A stretch of 64,000 nucleotides of DNA. It comes from Eledone cirrhosa. Lineage: Eukaryota. A program made the translations under genes and the position numbers. The notes beneath the pieces were generated by a model. That model saw only the letters and a program-made list of their open reading frames with translations, was not told where the DNA came from and ran no database searches. How positions within the stretch are numbered: the stretch's first letter is position 1; the number at the start of each line of letters is the position of its first letter. The stretch is from positions 70,742,001-70,806,000 of the forward strand of contig OZ024746.1 in the NCBI GenBank assembly GCA_964016885.1, given 5' to 3'. Of the stretch, positions 63,709 to 64,000 are shown piece by piece.

Positions 63709-64000
63709 GAGGATGGGATGGGTGGTGTAGGTATCCTACTAACTGACAAGTGGGTAGAAAAGGTAATCTCAGAGAATAGGGTGAATGCAAGAATCATTAA
63801 ACTCAGACAATCCCTGAATAAAATAATTTCCACAATAATATCAGCTTACACACTCCAATCGAGGTTGCCAGAGGAACTTAAGGATAGGTTTTAATAGTCC
63901 CTAATGCACACTAGTGCTCTAACAAACGACAATGACTTCCTAATCATTGCAGGAGATTTTAAATGTAGGTAAACACCGTGACGGCTTCTATAGAGTTCAT
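63705..64000 (+). mobile_element. RTE APE endonuclease fragment, continuing beyond the window
   Basis: [44 protein letters not shown]...IIAGDF matches the APE of the 15.3-18.6 kb element. Confidence 0.85.

Noticed and set aside
61706-63833. Many long ORFs (YIYIHT/MYVC)
   Set aside because: Translations of TA/TATG microsatellites; the same applies to ORFs at 48-51 kb and 59 kb.

Overview
Eukaryotic, AT-rich, microsatellite- and retrotransposon-dense animal DNA. The SINE/RTE repertoire and the long (TA)n/(TATG)n/(GA)n arrays point to a coleoid cephalopod (octopus-like); this is inferred, not shown. The ORF track misses the main host gene. By reading splice sites by hand I reconstructed 8 phase-compatible coding exons (35503 to 291, minus strand, 235 codons; the last exon lies left of the window) of a JMJD8 orthologue with a signal peptide and a JmjC domain carrying an H-F-H motif. 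Its introns hold a truncated Gypsy LTR element, a near-intact RTE LINE with a PHD finger inside the RT, decayed RTEs, piggyBac-type MITEs, SINEs and minisatellites. Upstream of JMJD8 is a 12-kb pile-up on (TAA)n arrays: a BovB-like RTE, a full-length Tx1/L1-clade LINE with an intact ORF2, two R4/Dong-like RLE LINE 3' ends, and SINEs. A probable first coding exon of a second, plus-strand gene lies near 58.77 kb. The most unusual observation is a ~90-bp inverted copy of the JMJD8 exon 8/5' splice-site junction inside intron 6. It could act as an editing-complementary or splice-masking sequence and places an A-C mismatch on a Lys codon. Several other fold-back structures, two degenerate Penelope-type hammerhead cores and a single readthrough-context stop in the RTE are also reported. 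All family assignments come from remembered motifs; no database search was run.
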